50,546 nucleotides of DNA, taken from contig JAZQUX010000190.1 of assembly GCA_045631585.1 (NCBI GenBank), positions 1-50,546 on the forward strand, given 5' to 3'. The DNA is from Eubacteriales bacterium (GTDB lineage: Bacteria; Bacillota; Clostridia; Oscillospirales; CAG-272). The notes under the pieces were generated by a model, which was not told the origin of the DNA, ran no database searches, and was given only the letters and a program-made list of their open reading frames with translations. Position numbers and translations under genes: made by a program. Within the stretch, counting starts at the first letter, position 1. Each line of letters starts with the position of its first letter. Below, one piece after another: positions 29,501 through 37,219 of the stretch.

Positions 29501-32500
29501 ATATGTATCCTTGTTATTCTTATGCTCGCTCGGATAAATATTCTTGCTGACTTTCTTCCTTGCATTTTCGCTTGAAAGGTTAAGGCTGTCAACATATGCA
29601 TCCCAAAGATTCTTATCAGCTATCGTGTCACCCGACTCACTTGTGTAATTAAGCCACTTGTAATACTCGGCAACATCCGTACCCGTTCTTACAATGTGGA
29701 ACGGAATTATAACATCCGACCATTCCTGCTCGCCTGCCCATCTCAAAGCCTCATCATTGGTAACTGTCGCAACTATACCCACATTCGGATATTTCTTACG
29801 AAGCTCAACAGCCTTTTCAAAATTCGCAGATTGCTTTTCATCAATAAAGAAGTTCCCGTTTGCATCCTGATTGACAAATACGGAGACATTGATGTTCATT
29901 CCCGTAGAAGCAAATATCTCAACAAAATCGGTGTCTTTTGTGTATGCCAAGCCTTTAAGACCACGAATTGAAGCATCCGTTATCTGCTGCATATTCTCTA
30001 CGATAAATGCCGCAGAGTAATCGCTGAAGGAATACCATCTCAAGCCATAATGTTCGTTAAGGTTTTTAACCACTCTGTCCCCGAGCTTCAGAATCTCATC
30101 ACGATATGCAACATAGTTTTTCTGAATCTTTGACCACGAAGCACTCTGTGCATATTTTCTCGCATCCGCAAGCTGTTCTGCAAGAATACCACCCTTTGCC
30201 TTAATGTCACTCTGACGTTCTTCCGTAGCAATGTCCGCAAGGGATAAAAGCTGTGTGCCGTTGTCAACAGCCGAAATCCACTTGTCGAATCTCGACTTCA
30301 TTTCCTTTGTGTCTTTTCTGCCGCGAAGGAATTCTTCATATAACTTCTTTATGCTTTCGGCACTCTTGTCGCTGTTGTTATACTTCGCAATTACAGTATC
30401 CCTTTCGGTCATATAACGAAGAAGCATATCATTGAATGCTTTTCTGTCAAGTGATACATAACAGTACAAACATTGAGGCTCTGTGGCTATGTCGTAAAGC
30501 TTCTGCGACACAAGGAAAGATTCCATCTGTGTCAAAGGTCTTCCTATCTCTTCCTGCACCTTGTCAACAAATTCGTTGTACGCAAGCGTTCTTACACAAA
30601 TTGTGGTATTCTCAACCGAGCGGTCGTAAGAGCCGTTCTTTGTAAGCACCTTGCCGATTTTATCTTCGGGAAGAATCTCGGAATACTTCATCATCACATC
30701 AACCATAGCTCGGGTTACTTCTTGAGCATCCTTAAGCTCAGCCTCTGTAATGCTTGACTTGTTATTGCGAATATATTCCAATTCTCCTTTTGCAATATCA
30801 TCGTTGTGAGTTAGAGAATATCTTGTATCAAGTTCGTTGCTTGTGATTCTTTCTGCATCAATTTCCGCAAGTGCTTTTTTTGTATTTGTATCGGCTGTTT
30901 TTTCTGCAGAATCCTTTCCGTCAACCTTACCCTTAATAGCCCCTTCAAAGTCCCTAATAACCTTATCAAACTCATTGACAAACGCATCCTTCGAGTTGAA
31001 CGCTTTCTTTATGCCGTTTGCCATCTTTCTAAGGAACGAAAGAATAATATTTGCATCATTAGTTTCAAGCTTTCCTGCAAACATTTCAAGAAGCTCCGTG
31101 CTACCCATAGTCTCGCACATAAGGTCAGCCGCTATCTCGCTCTCAATATACTCATTTGAAAGTGTTCTCGGTTTTCTTCCTTCTGACTCGGCAATAGCAT
31201 TTTCGTGACTCTGATAACGCTCTCTGTATGCCTCATACTGTTTCTCATTGTATATGCCCATTTCGGCAAACACCTTGAGAGCTCTCTGTGCAATGCCCGG
31301 TGCTTTAGATTCCGCTTCGTGGAAAAGCTCGTGAGAAAGTACCCAAAACGCGCTCTGTTCACCCGAAAGCATCGAGCCGTTAAGAGTAATGGTTGTCTTT
31401 CCGCCTTTTGCTGTCCAATCCCCTCGAACAGCACCATCGGAGTTATCGTAATAAACAGATATTGAAACGTCAACGCCCGAAGCCTTAAATGCCTTTTCTA
31501 TGCTCTTTGCATACACTTCAACAGCATAGTTTCTGTTATCGTTGCTGAACTCATTACTCTCAAACATATCCGCAACAGATACGGCAGAGTTTTCGCCCTT
31601 AATCACATTACCAAGATACTCAAGTGCTTCAAGAGTTGAGTTATCTCCTCTTGCTTTTGCTGTTGCTATCTCTGTAGAAATGCCGTTGATTACTTTCTGA
31701 ATAACGGAGCCTCCACCCGAAATGGAAGTTGCAAATCTTCTGAAAAGCGATTTCGCTCTTGAACGAACAAGGCTTTCCGCTGTGATACCGAGCTTCTTTG
31801 CCATATTTCCGATTGCTCTGTATCTCTGTTCCTCGTTCTTGAAGTCGTAGTCGGAATACTTCTGTGCGGCTTGCTGAAGTGCCTTGTTGTTGCTTTCCTT
31901 TGCTTTTTTGATAACCTCATTGGTGTAATCCGCCTCGGAAACAGCCTTGCCTACAGCAAGAGTATCACCCTTTACCGCTTTGGCAACGGAGGTTGTATTC
32001 GTTTTAACAGAGCCACCTATTTTTTGGTCTCTTATTACCTGATCGATTTTTTCCTTGCCGACACTTTCGATTTTTGTTGTAGCATTTGTTACGGCTTCTT
32101 CAATCGTATTACCACTTCCGAATTCAAGCCCGCTCGACTTTTCAACGATGCTGAAGGTTTTCTTGCCATCTATGTTATTTTCTGCGGCATAAAGGTCATA
32201 TCCGAAATCATTGTCGATATGAACGCCCTTGCTTTTTACAAGCTTGTTCTTATATCTGCGGATAATATCAACCTCGTTTGACCTCTTCACGACTTCCGTT
32301 GTGTTTGCTTCCTTTACCTCATTGTTTGCATCAAGGATGGCTTCATTTATGGTGCTTTCCATATCACCGTTTTGTTCCGCACCTTCTTCGCTCTGCATAG
32401 GAACTTTTACATCTATGCTTTCTGTTTCTCCGACATCAATTTTTTCATCGGCAGAGTCATTGAGTATTCCCGAAAAGAGCATCTGAACATCAAATCCGTC

Positions 32501-34921
32501 AAGACCTTCTCCACTCGCAACAGCCTTTTCTATTTCAAGTGCAATCTTCTTTGTTTCGGGGTTGGTGCTTTCCTTACCGAGTCTCACAAGCTCATTGATA
32601 TTGATACCGCCTGCAATGAGCTTTTCACCGTCTCTTCTCACATCGGCTTCGCTGATTCCTGCGTAGTTGAAAAGACCTCTCGCTCCACCGAGAGCCATAC
32701 CGCTTATATAAGAAACAACAGCCGTGTTGAGACCATTCTTTATAAGGATTTGCATCATACCCGAGCCTACATCAACAGCCTTGCCGTCAACAACAAGTTT
32801 TCTCGCCTGCTGATACAGTTCGCTTTCTTCTCCGTTGAGGGCATAGTCGGAAATGTATCTTACGGCATCGTTTGTGAGTTCTCCGAGTACCTCGTTAGAA
32901 CCTGAAAGTCTTGCCGCCTTCACCATTCTCTTGAAGTGGTTAGGGTTAAATCTCGTCATATCGAGAGCCTTGTTAAGCGCTCCTAATTCGATTTTTTCTG
33001 TTAAGCCCTCGGAGAATGCCGTAACAGTAGACATTATAGCGTTCTTTGTCGGGTCTGAATAAGCATCGACTCCGCTCTTGTATTCCGTAGCGAAGCTCTG
33101 TGCAAACATCATTGCCGCACCGCCAAACACACCAAGCGGAGACCTTGCAAGGTTTTCGGCAATACTGTTCGTAAGCCCGTATATACCGCTGCCCCAAGCC
33201 TCTGCATTTTTTCTGTCCATACCGAGGAATTCAAGCACATCTGCGTTCTGCGCTGTACCAATTTCCGCTCTGCCCTTGTCAACGCCCGATTTTACCGAAG
33301 AGAGCTGTCCGTATCCTAAATGAGTCTTGTATGTAGGAAGCTCCGACTTCTCGATATTTGAGACTATCGCAGAGCCTATGGATTCACCCGCACTCGGAAG
33401 TGAAAGAGCATACGAAGCCATAAAGCCTCCAACACCTGCACCAACCTTGTCTAAGAAACTTCCGTTTTCTACAATGTTGTTGTACCATTTCGCAACAGCT
33501 TCTTCTGCTCCGAAATTAAAACGGGGTTTCAAAATTCCGAGGTAATACGACTCCCACGAATTATCGCCTGCGTTGTACATAATACCAAGGCGTACCAAGT
33601 CTGTGTTGGTAAGCTTCGCTGTCGGGCTTATTCGACCAACCGCTTTCTGCAAGTCGTTGATATCGCATTCGCCTTTTTCGGCTTTTTTATACAACTCATC
33701 ATTTGTGTAATTGGTAGCAACCGCAGAAGTGCTTTCACCGTAATTATATGCATCAAGGTTTGAAAGTTCTTCGTAATTTCTTTTGATGACATCCTTTACG
33801 ATTTCCGAAATAGTCTTGTTATCGGGAAGCTCGCCTTCTCCGTCATACCAAGCCTTTCCGTACTTATCTTTGTACTTTGCAAGTTCCCACTCCCTTGTGA
33901 CATAGTAATCAGTTTCGGCTTTCTTACTTTCCGCTTCGGAGCGTATCATTTCAAGCTCGGCTTTTCTCTTGATAGCCGCTTCCTCTTCGGGAGTATAAGT
34001 ATATCCGTAAGTTACATTTGCTCTTACGCCCTTTTGGTCAACGTTTCCGAGATTCATCGAAGAGCTTCTTTTCTGATTTGCATTGTTTACGATGGAAGAA
34101 ACCGCTTCGTACTCAGCCTGAAGTTCGGGAGTCCAAATCGAGTCATACATAATATTCGAGAGCTTTGCTGACTCTTTCTCAATCTCATCCTCGGAGAGCA
34201 TTCCTGCGTACATGGTGATTAATCCAACCCCGTTTTCCTTGAAGAACTTCGGTGCTTTGGTTGCCATCGATTCAAGGTCTGCAAAAGCAGATTGTCGAGC
34301 CTTGTTTCCACCGCTTTCCTTTCCGAAAGAATCGACATTGTGATAGAACGACCTTGTTGTCTCAACCCCGGTTGCATAATCGTCATCACCCATCTTTATC
34401 TGCTCATCGATATAACCCTTATTCTTGTTATAGTCCCTCGGTGAAAGCGATTTGTACTGATTGGTGTATTCTGTAGCCCGTTCATCATACACCGCAAGTT
34501 CTTCCGCTGTAGCACCATTCTTCTGAGCTTCTCTTCTGTCCTCGGAATTTGTCTTGATTAAGCCGAGAAGGTTGTTCTGCTTCTGCTGAAAGCCTGCCTG
34601 AGCCGCAGTTGTTGTTTTGGTATTGCCACTCGCATCCGTGACAGTAACCTCTCTTTCGGGGTTGACGGGTCCCATTCCAAGTGCAATTGCGTGACCGGGT
34701 TTGTTTCTGTTCTCCCATTCCTGACGACCCTCATCGAGAATTGTGTCAGTATACGCAACCTTTGCCTTGCTACGGGATTCCTCTTTTTCTTTTTCTTCTT
34801 TGGTTTTTTCTTTCTTCGTAGTAGGCTTGATGTACTCCTCTTTGGTGTACTTCGCTTCGAGTTCCTCTTTAGTGGAGTTCATCATATCTTTGATTACGGG
34901 GTTTTTCTTTTTGAAAGCCAT
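23588..34921 (-). CDS. Giant multidomain (polyvalent-type) late protein, 3,777 aa
   Basis: Single uninterrupted ORF with AAGGAGGG RBS. HELFH at aa 1197-1201, GHEGRHR at aa 2289-2295, FYHGT at aa 2423-2427 with GYDGIKITN at aa 2657, Gly-rich hydrophobic block from aa 493, TM-like helix near aa 3226. The function of most of the protein is unknown. Confidence 0.85.
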   Translation of the reverse strand: MAFKKKNPVIKDMMNSTKEELEAKYTKEEYIKPTTKKEKTKEEKEKEESRSKAKVAYTDTILDEGRQEWENRNKPGHAIALGMGPVNPEREVTVTDASGNTKTTTAAQAGFQQKQNNLLGLIKTNSEDRREAQKNGATAEELAVYDERATEYTNQYKSLSPRDYNKNKGYIDEQIKMGDDDYATGVETTRSFYHNVDSFGKESGGNKARQSAFADLESMATKAPKFFKENGVGLITMYAGMLSEDEIEKESAKLSNIMYDSIWTPELQAEYEAVSSIVNNANQKRSSSMNLGNVDQKGVRANVTYGYTYTPEEEAAIKRKAELEMIRSEAESKKAETDYYVTREWELAKYKDKYGKAWYDGEGELPDNKTISEIVKDVIKRNYEELSNLDAYNYGESTSAVATNYTNDELYKKAEKGECDINDLQKAVGRISPTAKLTNTDLVRLGIMYNAGDNSWESYYLGILKPRFNFGAEEAVAKWYNNIVENGSFLDKVGAGVGGFMASYALSLPSAGESIGSAIVSNIEKSELPTYKTHLGYGQLSSVKSGVDKGRAEIGTAQNADVLEFLGMDRKNAEAWGSGIYGLTNSIAENLARSPLGVFGGAAMMFAQSFATEYKSGVDAYSDPTKNAIMSTVTAFSEGLTEKIELGALNKALDMTRFNPNHFKRMVKAARLSGSNEVLGELTNDAVRYISDYALNGEESELYQQARKLVVDGKAVDVGSGMMQILIKNGLNTAVVSYISGMALGGARGLFNYAGISEADVRRDGEKLIAGGININELVRLGKESTNPETKKIALEIEKAVASGEGLDGFDVQMLFSGILNDSADEKIDVGETESIDVKVPMQSEEGAEQNGDMESTINEAILDANNEVKEANTTEVVKRSNEVDIIRRYKNKLVKSKGVHIDNDFGYDLYAAENNIDGKKTFSIVEKSSGLEFGSGNTIEEAVTNATTKIESVGKEKIDQVIRDQKIGGSVKTNTTSVAKAVKGDTLAVGKAVSEADYTNEVIKKAKESNNKALQQAAQKYSDYDFKNEEQRYRAIGNMAKKLGITAESLVRSRAKSLFRRFATSISGGGSVIQKVINGISTEIATAKARGDNSTLEALEYLGNVIKGENSAVSVADMFESNEFSNDNRNYAVEVYAKSIEKAFKASGVDVSISVYYDNSDGAVRGDWTAKGGKTTITLNGSMLSGEQSAFWVLSHELFHEAESKAPGIAQRALKVFAEMGIYNEKQYEAYRERYQSHENAIAESEGRKPRTLSNEYIESEIAADLMCETMGSTELLEMFAGKLETNDANIILSFLRKMANGIKKAFNSKDAFVNEFDKVIRDFEGAIKGKVDGKDSAEKTADTNTKKALAEIDAERITSNELDTRYSLTHNDDIAKGELEYIRNNKSSITEAELKDAQEVTRAMVDVMMKYSEILPEDKIGKVLTKNGSYDRSVENTTICVRTLAYNEFVDKVQEEIGRPLTQMESFLVSQKLYDIATEPQCLYCYVSLDRKAFNDMLLRYMTERDTVIAKYNNSDKSAESIKKLYEEFLRGRKDTKEMKSRFDKWISAVDNGTQLLSLADIATEERQSDIKAKGGILAEQLADARKYAQSASWSKIQKNYVAYRDEILKLGDRVVKNLNEHYGLRWYSFSDYSAAFIVENMQQITDASIRGLKGLAYTKDTDFVEIFASTGMNINVSVFVNQDANGNFFIDEKQSANFEKAVELRKKYPNVGIVATVTNDEALRWAGEQEWSDVIIPFHIVRTGTDVAEYYKWLNYTSESGDTIADKNLWDAYVDSLNLSSENARKKVSKNIYPSEHKNNKDTYLSLCESRGLSPRFVRFAGEAWYMKLVNETRLSADESSPLKPEYNLDAAKDSFQKFIDKGGYEGGWYKEGVDVEGEVKTVARDVLAGKKANEVEYGRQDGYNPEEIAANRKKNRVHEGDKKYALQGVDKVDNEGDKFTYDALISLPDMEVTKVSDKIPKKEDGKLDRAKVKFDAMNNAFSVGEKANSSLALVENKYTSKKIAVRPSAIGHGLDRRTNVAVVSGKIGELLQNAVSVNEMSSRSNVAYVNKSYPMVAIASDETGAKYAVLLIVNDVEGKIPELVDLSVSEVLYSVNAKKEESAVHSTRGHTSAQNAEYSLTDSNISISEVLSFVKDYFPDVLSNDVLSRFGMAKSGDSKYENVRYALSSFNKEGLTETEIENAKTVIDGLKTRAMASKYLDGYASYTSERMERELKASSSSDVIDYAKSYITWVEPTDFVYATTTSSESRQQLKEEAGTLDLEKLRNQEQPIHLTVDFETGEIVGHEGRHRMLALQKAGVDKVAVVIDALNDDRHHTKPIEFMSLKGQRFGEYRKGTDMYLHDALPLSQRYADVARGLFTTETKSGVRYSLPGNNKLDTEYLEIAKNPEQNKAKLQEIVDEAAIEWGCDVGKNGKPVRFYHGTNNFGFTTIDVAKSDDGISFFATDDLEVARTYVSNSTKVDTEVRKIGKKGEADTTKQGQAEKNEYTKTVNNVSAKRDRMLEFINKKLGEKSQDDVLGISGIIADRIRSIENGETGFSEEIKTHEAFERAYRDFVKRYTEHKHGKAYSWEEHIDTDEGIKLREEWSDYEIGIRADLSTLHSPRGNKGIYEMYGKTDGFLEIDAMGDRWDNIWTADGGKLKTRDVAKLAKEQGYDGIKITNLLDDGGQGHKRQTKPATVYIFLNPAEQMKSADPVTYDDEGNVIPISERFSEKGDIRWALSDNGNMSLEDAWNEKIEKYGAIPKGMNPARDVKVPKRISDNKYVSRTARSAIESGLTPEEFVSEFQKDILDGKFTYERFTDEKAEQKAKELIEYHGFEDALRHWDFIAHSGGAISKENFAFGIELYNQCAQNGDFKNAEKILADISAEATIAGQAIQAMSMLKKMSPDGTLYYLERSIDKINDELVAKFGEKRAKKVKIDEDLANRYFAEKDAAKREELYKELCKDIGEQIPSTFWEKEDAWRYLSMLFNPTTHMRNFAGNILNLIVTKINNTIEGAIQPIFIKQEDRTKTLKWADKKTAEFAKNDWELMKDMLTSGEGKYGNIVSDIDKYRRILRPTKNAGKVTKVVGNALGFAPEMLNKFNSWALEKEDELFLGVSYRSALKKIITARKLDVDNISSEELSKIRELAIKEAKRATFREANALAEAISRTRAKLMKGNLGEKVGGIALGGLFPFTKTPMNITKQSLETSPLGVFKTAYDVVEKSRGKAVSGNDIIADVARTFTGTGLFILGAVLARAGVVSAGDDEDKDKKRFDKLVGEQSYAINFRDGKSYTMDWATPASIPFLVGAQFYKTIEEEGLNFKAFADSIGAITEPVIGLSMLDGLRDFLESDNYSDNGAPTAAIESILSNFILQHFPTLGGKIKRIASPQKKNYYFINKNSETPEFVQELYGSIASKLPFEVGNYQASVDLWGRIENYGGVGERLAENLISPGYYSEDNYTDVDNEILRLYESTGNGDVFPKKMYEDITISGNTYYMNAEQYKDAAVMLGERRFDMLSRLFNDEIVLKNQDTVYSEMTDSEKSSIVMNVYKQALDETKYAMLDVVKGNAESSAEATAIQIVKSKEDEANSINKGNPTGVNGVTYVYWKQKNNFIEQAQKAIADGDKKNAEGFEKDLEKRAEKYDGTLSRGEELIAEMYDKTQNDDLFYTKAESYILQQTSDGIKEKKPMSYHDYSGMMKSMNDASEYVALAVFGNNFDKAKASKIKSSSSNMTKYINAGVTATNAYKRSLANKVRSGEMTQDDADVLYYKELISKIKSEIRADYKEDYFGKTK

Positions 34922-34936
34922 AATTGCCCTCCTTAT

Positions 34937-36439
34937 TTAATCGACTCCGAGAAATATAAGCTCAATGATTTCTGCATCCCTCGGACTTATCTGTCTCAAC
35001 TTCTTTACCTCGTCAAGTGCGGTCATTTCAATTTCGGAATATGAGCCTGCATCATACAATGCCTGAAGCTGAGCGTAAGCATCAATACCTGCCTGAGTGG
35101 TCAATCCAAGAGCAGAAGGTGTATGCCCATACGGATTGCTACCTCCATCGGTAAGCTTGTCAAGAGCATCGATTTCCGCATCTGTAAGAGTTGCCTGCGG
35201 AATAACACCTTCGTAACCGAGTTCCTTTTTCATCTCGTCCACGGTATAATTTGTGCCATAATAGTAATTATATGCACCTACGGTTGTAGCGTTAATCTCG
35301 CCCTTTTCAAAAGCTTTTTCTACGGCGCTTATAGTCAGCGTGGGTTTATAGGGCGGAACGCCCGTGTTGCTCGACTTCTTCGCCTTTGCCTGAATTTCCG
35401 CAATCTTTTCCTGCGAAATATACCCATTCATCGTAAGCTCTGCGTTGATTTCCGCAATCACCTGCTCAACATCATATCCGTATTTCTGTGCATCTGCCTC
35501 AAGCTGTGCTATGTCGTAATTGGTAAGATTGGTGTGCTTTACCCCTTCAAGGTCAGCATTGTAGCCGTAAACCTGCGTAGCGTTGTTGGCTGTGTTCATA
35601 CGCTCTTCCGTAGCGAGAGCATCCTGCTTGTAATCGTAGTCTCCAAAATTGTTTGCATTTGTGATAAGCTGATTTCCCCAAGTTCCGAGGAAGTCCGTCA
35701 TACCCTTTGCATAGCCTTCTCGCATCCTCTGTATAGCGTTTTCGCCTGCAAGCTGATATGCAAGGTTTGTCGCATTCTTGTTATGTTCCGAGAAACTGTC
35801 GAAATTACCGCCATTATCAGCCGCCGAGCCTGCCGCCGCTTGCTCACCCTTCGCACCACCATATGCCACAAATTTATCGCTGATATGCTTTCCGTAATCC
35901 GGGTCGAAATACATAGTGTTCATATTTCCGCTGTAGTCGTTCTTGTAATCGACAAGCTCTTCGTTTGCTCCCACATACATTTCCGTAGGATTTGTCGGTG
36001 CTTTACTATTTCGCCAATCAAGTGCTTCCTGATAGGACAGATTGCGAAGCATTGTAGCCGTTGCCGGGTCAACAGCAGAAAGCTCGTCATAAAGAGCAGA
36101 TGCGGCTGTTTCATACTGTTTGAAATCGCCACCATTGGCTTTTACCTTCTCATAGCCGTGCTTGTTCGCAAGGATTTCGTCTGTGATGGTCTTTGCATCC
36201 CTTGCTACACCATATTCCTTGAGAAGGTCTCTCGTCTGCTGTGCATTGCTGTTTTTGAGTGTCTTACGAAGGTCGGGACTGTAAGCACCGATAATATCAT
36301 ACTTGCCCGTTGCCGACTGACCGTACCTATCACGTTCCGATACATTTCCTACCGAATCGTTGTATTCGTACTCGTTCTTGTCGCTCGCAAGCCCTTTCAT
36401 CGCATCATAGACTTCCTGCGATACCCAATTTTTTGCCAT
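34937..36439 (-). CDS. Late protein of unknown function (500 aa), co-transcribed with the giant ORF; internal virion protein candidate
   Basis: AGGAGGA RBS. First gene after late motif c. N/Y/G/A/E-rich with no enzyme motif seen. Confidence 0.75.
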   Translation of the reverse strand: MAKNWVSQEVYDAMKGLASDKNEYEYNDSVGNVSERDRYGQSATGKYDIIGAYSPDLRKTLKNSNAQQTRDLLKEYGVARDAKTITDEILANKHGYEKVKANGGDFKQYETAASALYDELSAVDPATATMLRNLSYQEALDWRNSKAPTNPTEMYVGANEELVDYKNDYSGNMNTMYFDPDYGKHISDKFVAYGGAKGEQAAAGSAADNGGNFDSFSEHNKNATNLAYQLAGENAIQRMREGYAKGMTDFLGTWGNQLITNANNFGDYDYKQDALATEERMNTANNATQVYGYNADLEGVKHTNLTNYDIAQLEADAQKYGYDVEQVIAEINAELTMNGYISQEKIAEIQAKAKKSSNTGVPPYKPTLTISAVEKAFEKGEINATTVGAYNYYYGTNYTVDEMKKELGYEGVIPQATLTDAEIDALDKLTDGGSNPYGHTPSALGLTTQAGIDAYAQLQALYDAGSYSEIEMTALDEVKKLRQISPRDAEIIELIFLGVD

Positions 36440-36484
36440 AATAATTTCCTCCTGTAAAAAATAAATTATTTATAACCTATAAAA

Positions 36485-36516
36485 ATCCTACCACAAAAAT
36501 CGCACTTTTCATTTAC
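36485..36516 (-). promoter_or_regulatory. Late-promoter-like motif, copy c
   Basis: Minus strand reads GTAAATGAAAAGTGCGATTTTTGTGGTAGGAT. Ends 45 nt upstream of the ATG at 36439 and lies just downstream of terminator 36527-36555. Confidence 0.55.
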
Positions 36517-36526
36517 ATTTTAAAAC

Positions 36527-36555
36527 AAAAAAAGAGGACGGAAATTACCGCCCTC
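36527..36555 (-). terminator. Intrinsic terminator after the sigma-r4-like gene
   Basis: Minus strand GAGGGCGG / CCGUCCUC stem (one mismatch), loop UAAUUU, then UUUUUUU. Confidence 0.6.
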
Positions 36556-36563
36556 AAAACTGT

Positions 36564-36770
36564 TCAATTTTTCGAGATGTACCGAGCAATCTTCTTTCCT
36601 ATTCGTGAACGTCTGCGCTTAAGTGTAGATACCGAGATGCTCAATTCCTCTGCAATATCCACACAAGCCCAACCTCTCCGTAGGTAAGGAACAATCTCAA
36701 GCTCATCGTCCGTAAAGCCGCAGTTTTCGATAAAAGCTTCCCACTCATCCTTGTAGAATCGCATTATCAC
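36564..36770 (-). CDS. Mini sigma-70 region-4 / LuxR-type HTH protein (66-68 aa)
   Basis: ...YLRRGWACVDIAEELSISVSTLKRRRSRIGKKIARYI. GTG at 36770 or ATG at 36764. Last gene of the tail-lysis transcription unit. Confidence 0.6.
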   Translation of the reverse strand: MIMRFYKDEWEAFIENCGFTDDELEIVPYLRRGWACVDIAEELSISVSTLKRRRSRIGKKIARYISKN

Positions 36771-36792
36771 ACAATTACGCCTTCTTTCCCTT

Positions 36793-36969
36793 TTAATGTG
36801 TTATTAAAAATACAACAATCAAAAATGCATTTACCGCAAGAGAAGTCCCACACAGTATTCGCAATCGATTGTTAGCCTTGATGAGTTCTTTTGAAAGCAC
36901 CCATTCGGGTGAATGGTCTGTTTCGGCACAAGCCGCTCTTTTTCTTTTACACTCGATACAATTTGCCAT
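36793..36969 (-). CDS. Small membrane-anchored Cys-containing protein (58 aa), not in the ORF track
   Basis: ATG at 36969 with GGAGGG RBS. Sequence MANCIECKRKRAACAETDHSPEWVLSKELIKANNRLRILCGTSLAVNAFLIVVFLITH. Directly follows the holin-like genes. Confidence 0.5.
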   Translation of the reverse strand: MANCIECKRKRAACAETDHSPEWVLSKELIKANNRLRILCGTSLAVNAFLIVVFLITH

Positions 36970-36982
36970 AAGCCCTCCGCTG

Positions 36983-37219
36983 TTATTTTAAAATCAATTC
37001 AAAGAATGCCACAACAAGTGAGCCTATACTCGCAGATGCCACCGCCCACATAAGCTTTTTAACCGTTGCGAAATCGTGAGAAATAAGCTCGATTCTTTTG
37101 TCATCATTTGCAAGCTTCTTCTTGTTTTCGTCCTGAATATCGTTACAATCCACGATTCTTACATATTCTTTGTCAAATTCCTTTCGGATTACCTGAATGT
37201 CCTCAAGTGTTATCGCCAT
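36983..37219 (-). CDS. XhlA-like lysis-associated protein (78 aa; coiled coil plus C-terminal TM)
   Basis: GGAGG RBS. C-terminal helix LMWAVASASIGSLVVAFFELIL. Architecture like PBSX XhlA. Confidence 0.5.
   Translation of the reverse strand: MAITLEDIQVIRKEFDKEYVRIVDCNDIQDENKKKLANDDKRIELISHDFATVKKLMWAVASASIGSLVVAFFELILK

Noticed and set aside
30455-30475. Radical-SAM reading of the QCLYCYV segment in the giant protein.
   Set aside because: Only a CxxC pair is present, not CxxxCxxC, and no glycine-rich SAM motif follows.
23588-34921. Giant ORF as a virion RNA polymerase (N4-like or crAss-like).
   Set aside because: I found no T7-like motifs (motif A/C aspartates in context, R-x3-K-x7-YG) and no two-barrel DxDGD/NADFDGD signature. 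Only a structure search can fully exclude it.
35123-36457. Long plus-strand ORFs antisense to late genes: 35123..36457 (444 aa), 25895..26992 (365 aa), 45338..46480 (380 aa), 6920..7741 (273 aa).
   Set aside because: Each lies entirely inside a convincing minus-strand gene. They lack RBSs and have C/R/I/L/F-rich composition typical of the antisense frame of A/G-rich coding DNA. They are open frames by codon-bias accident.
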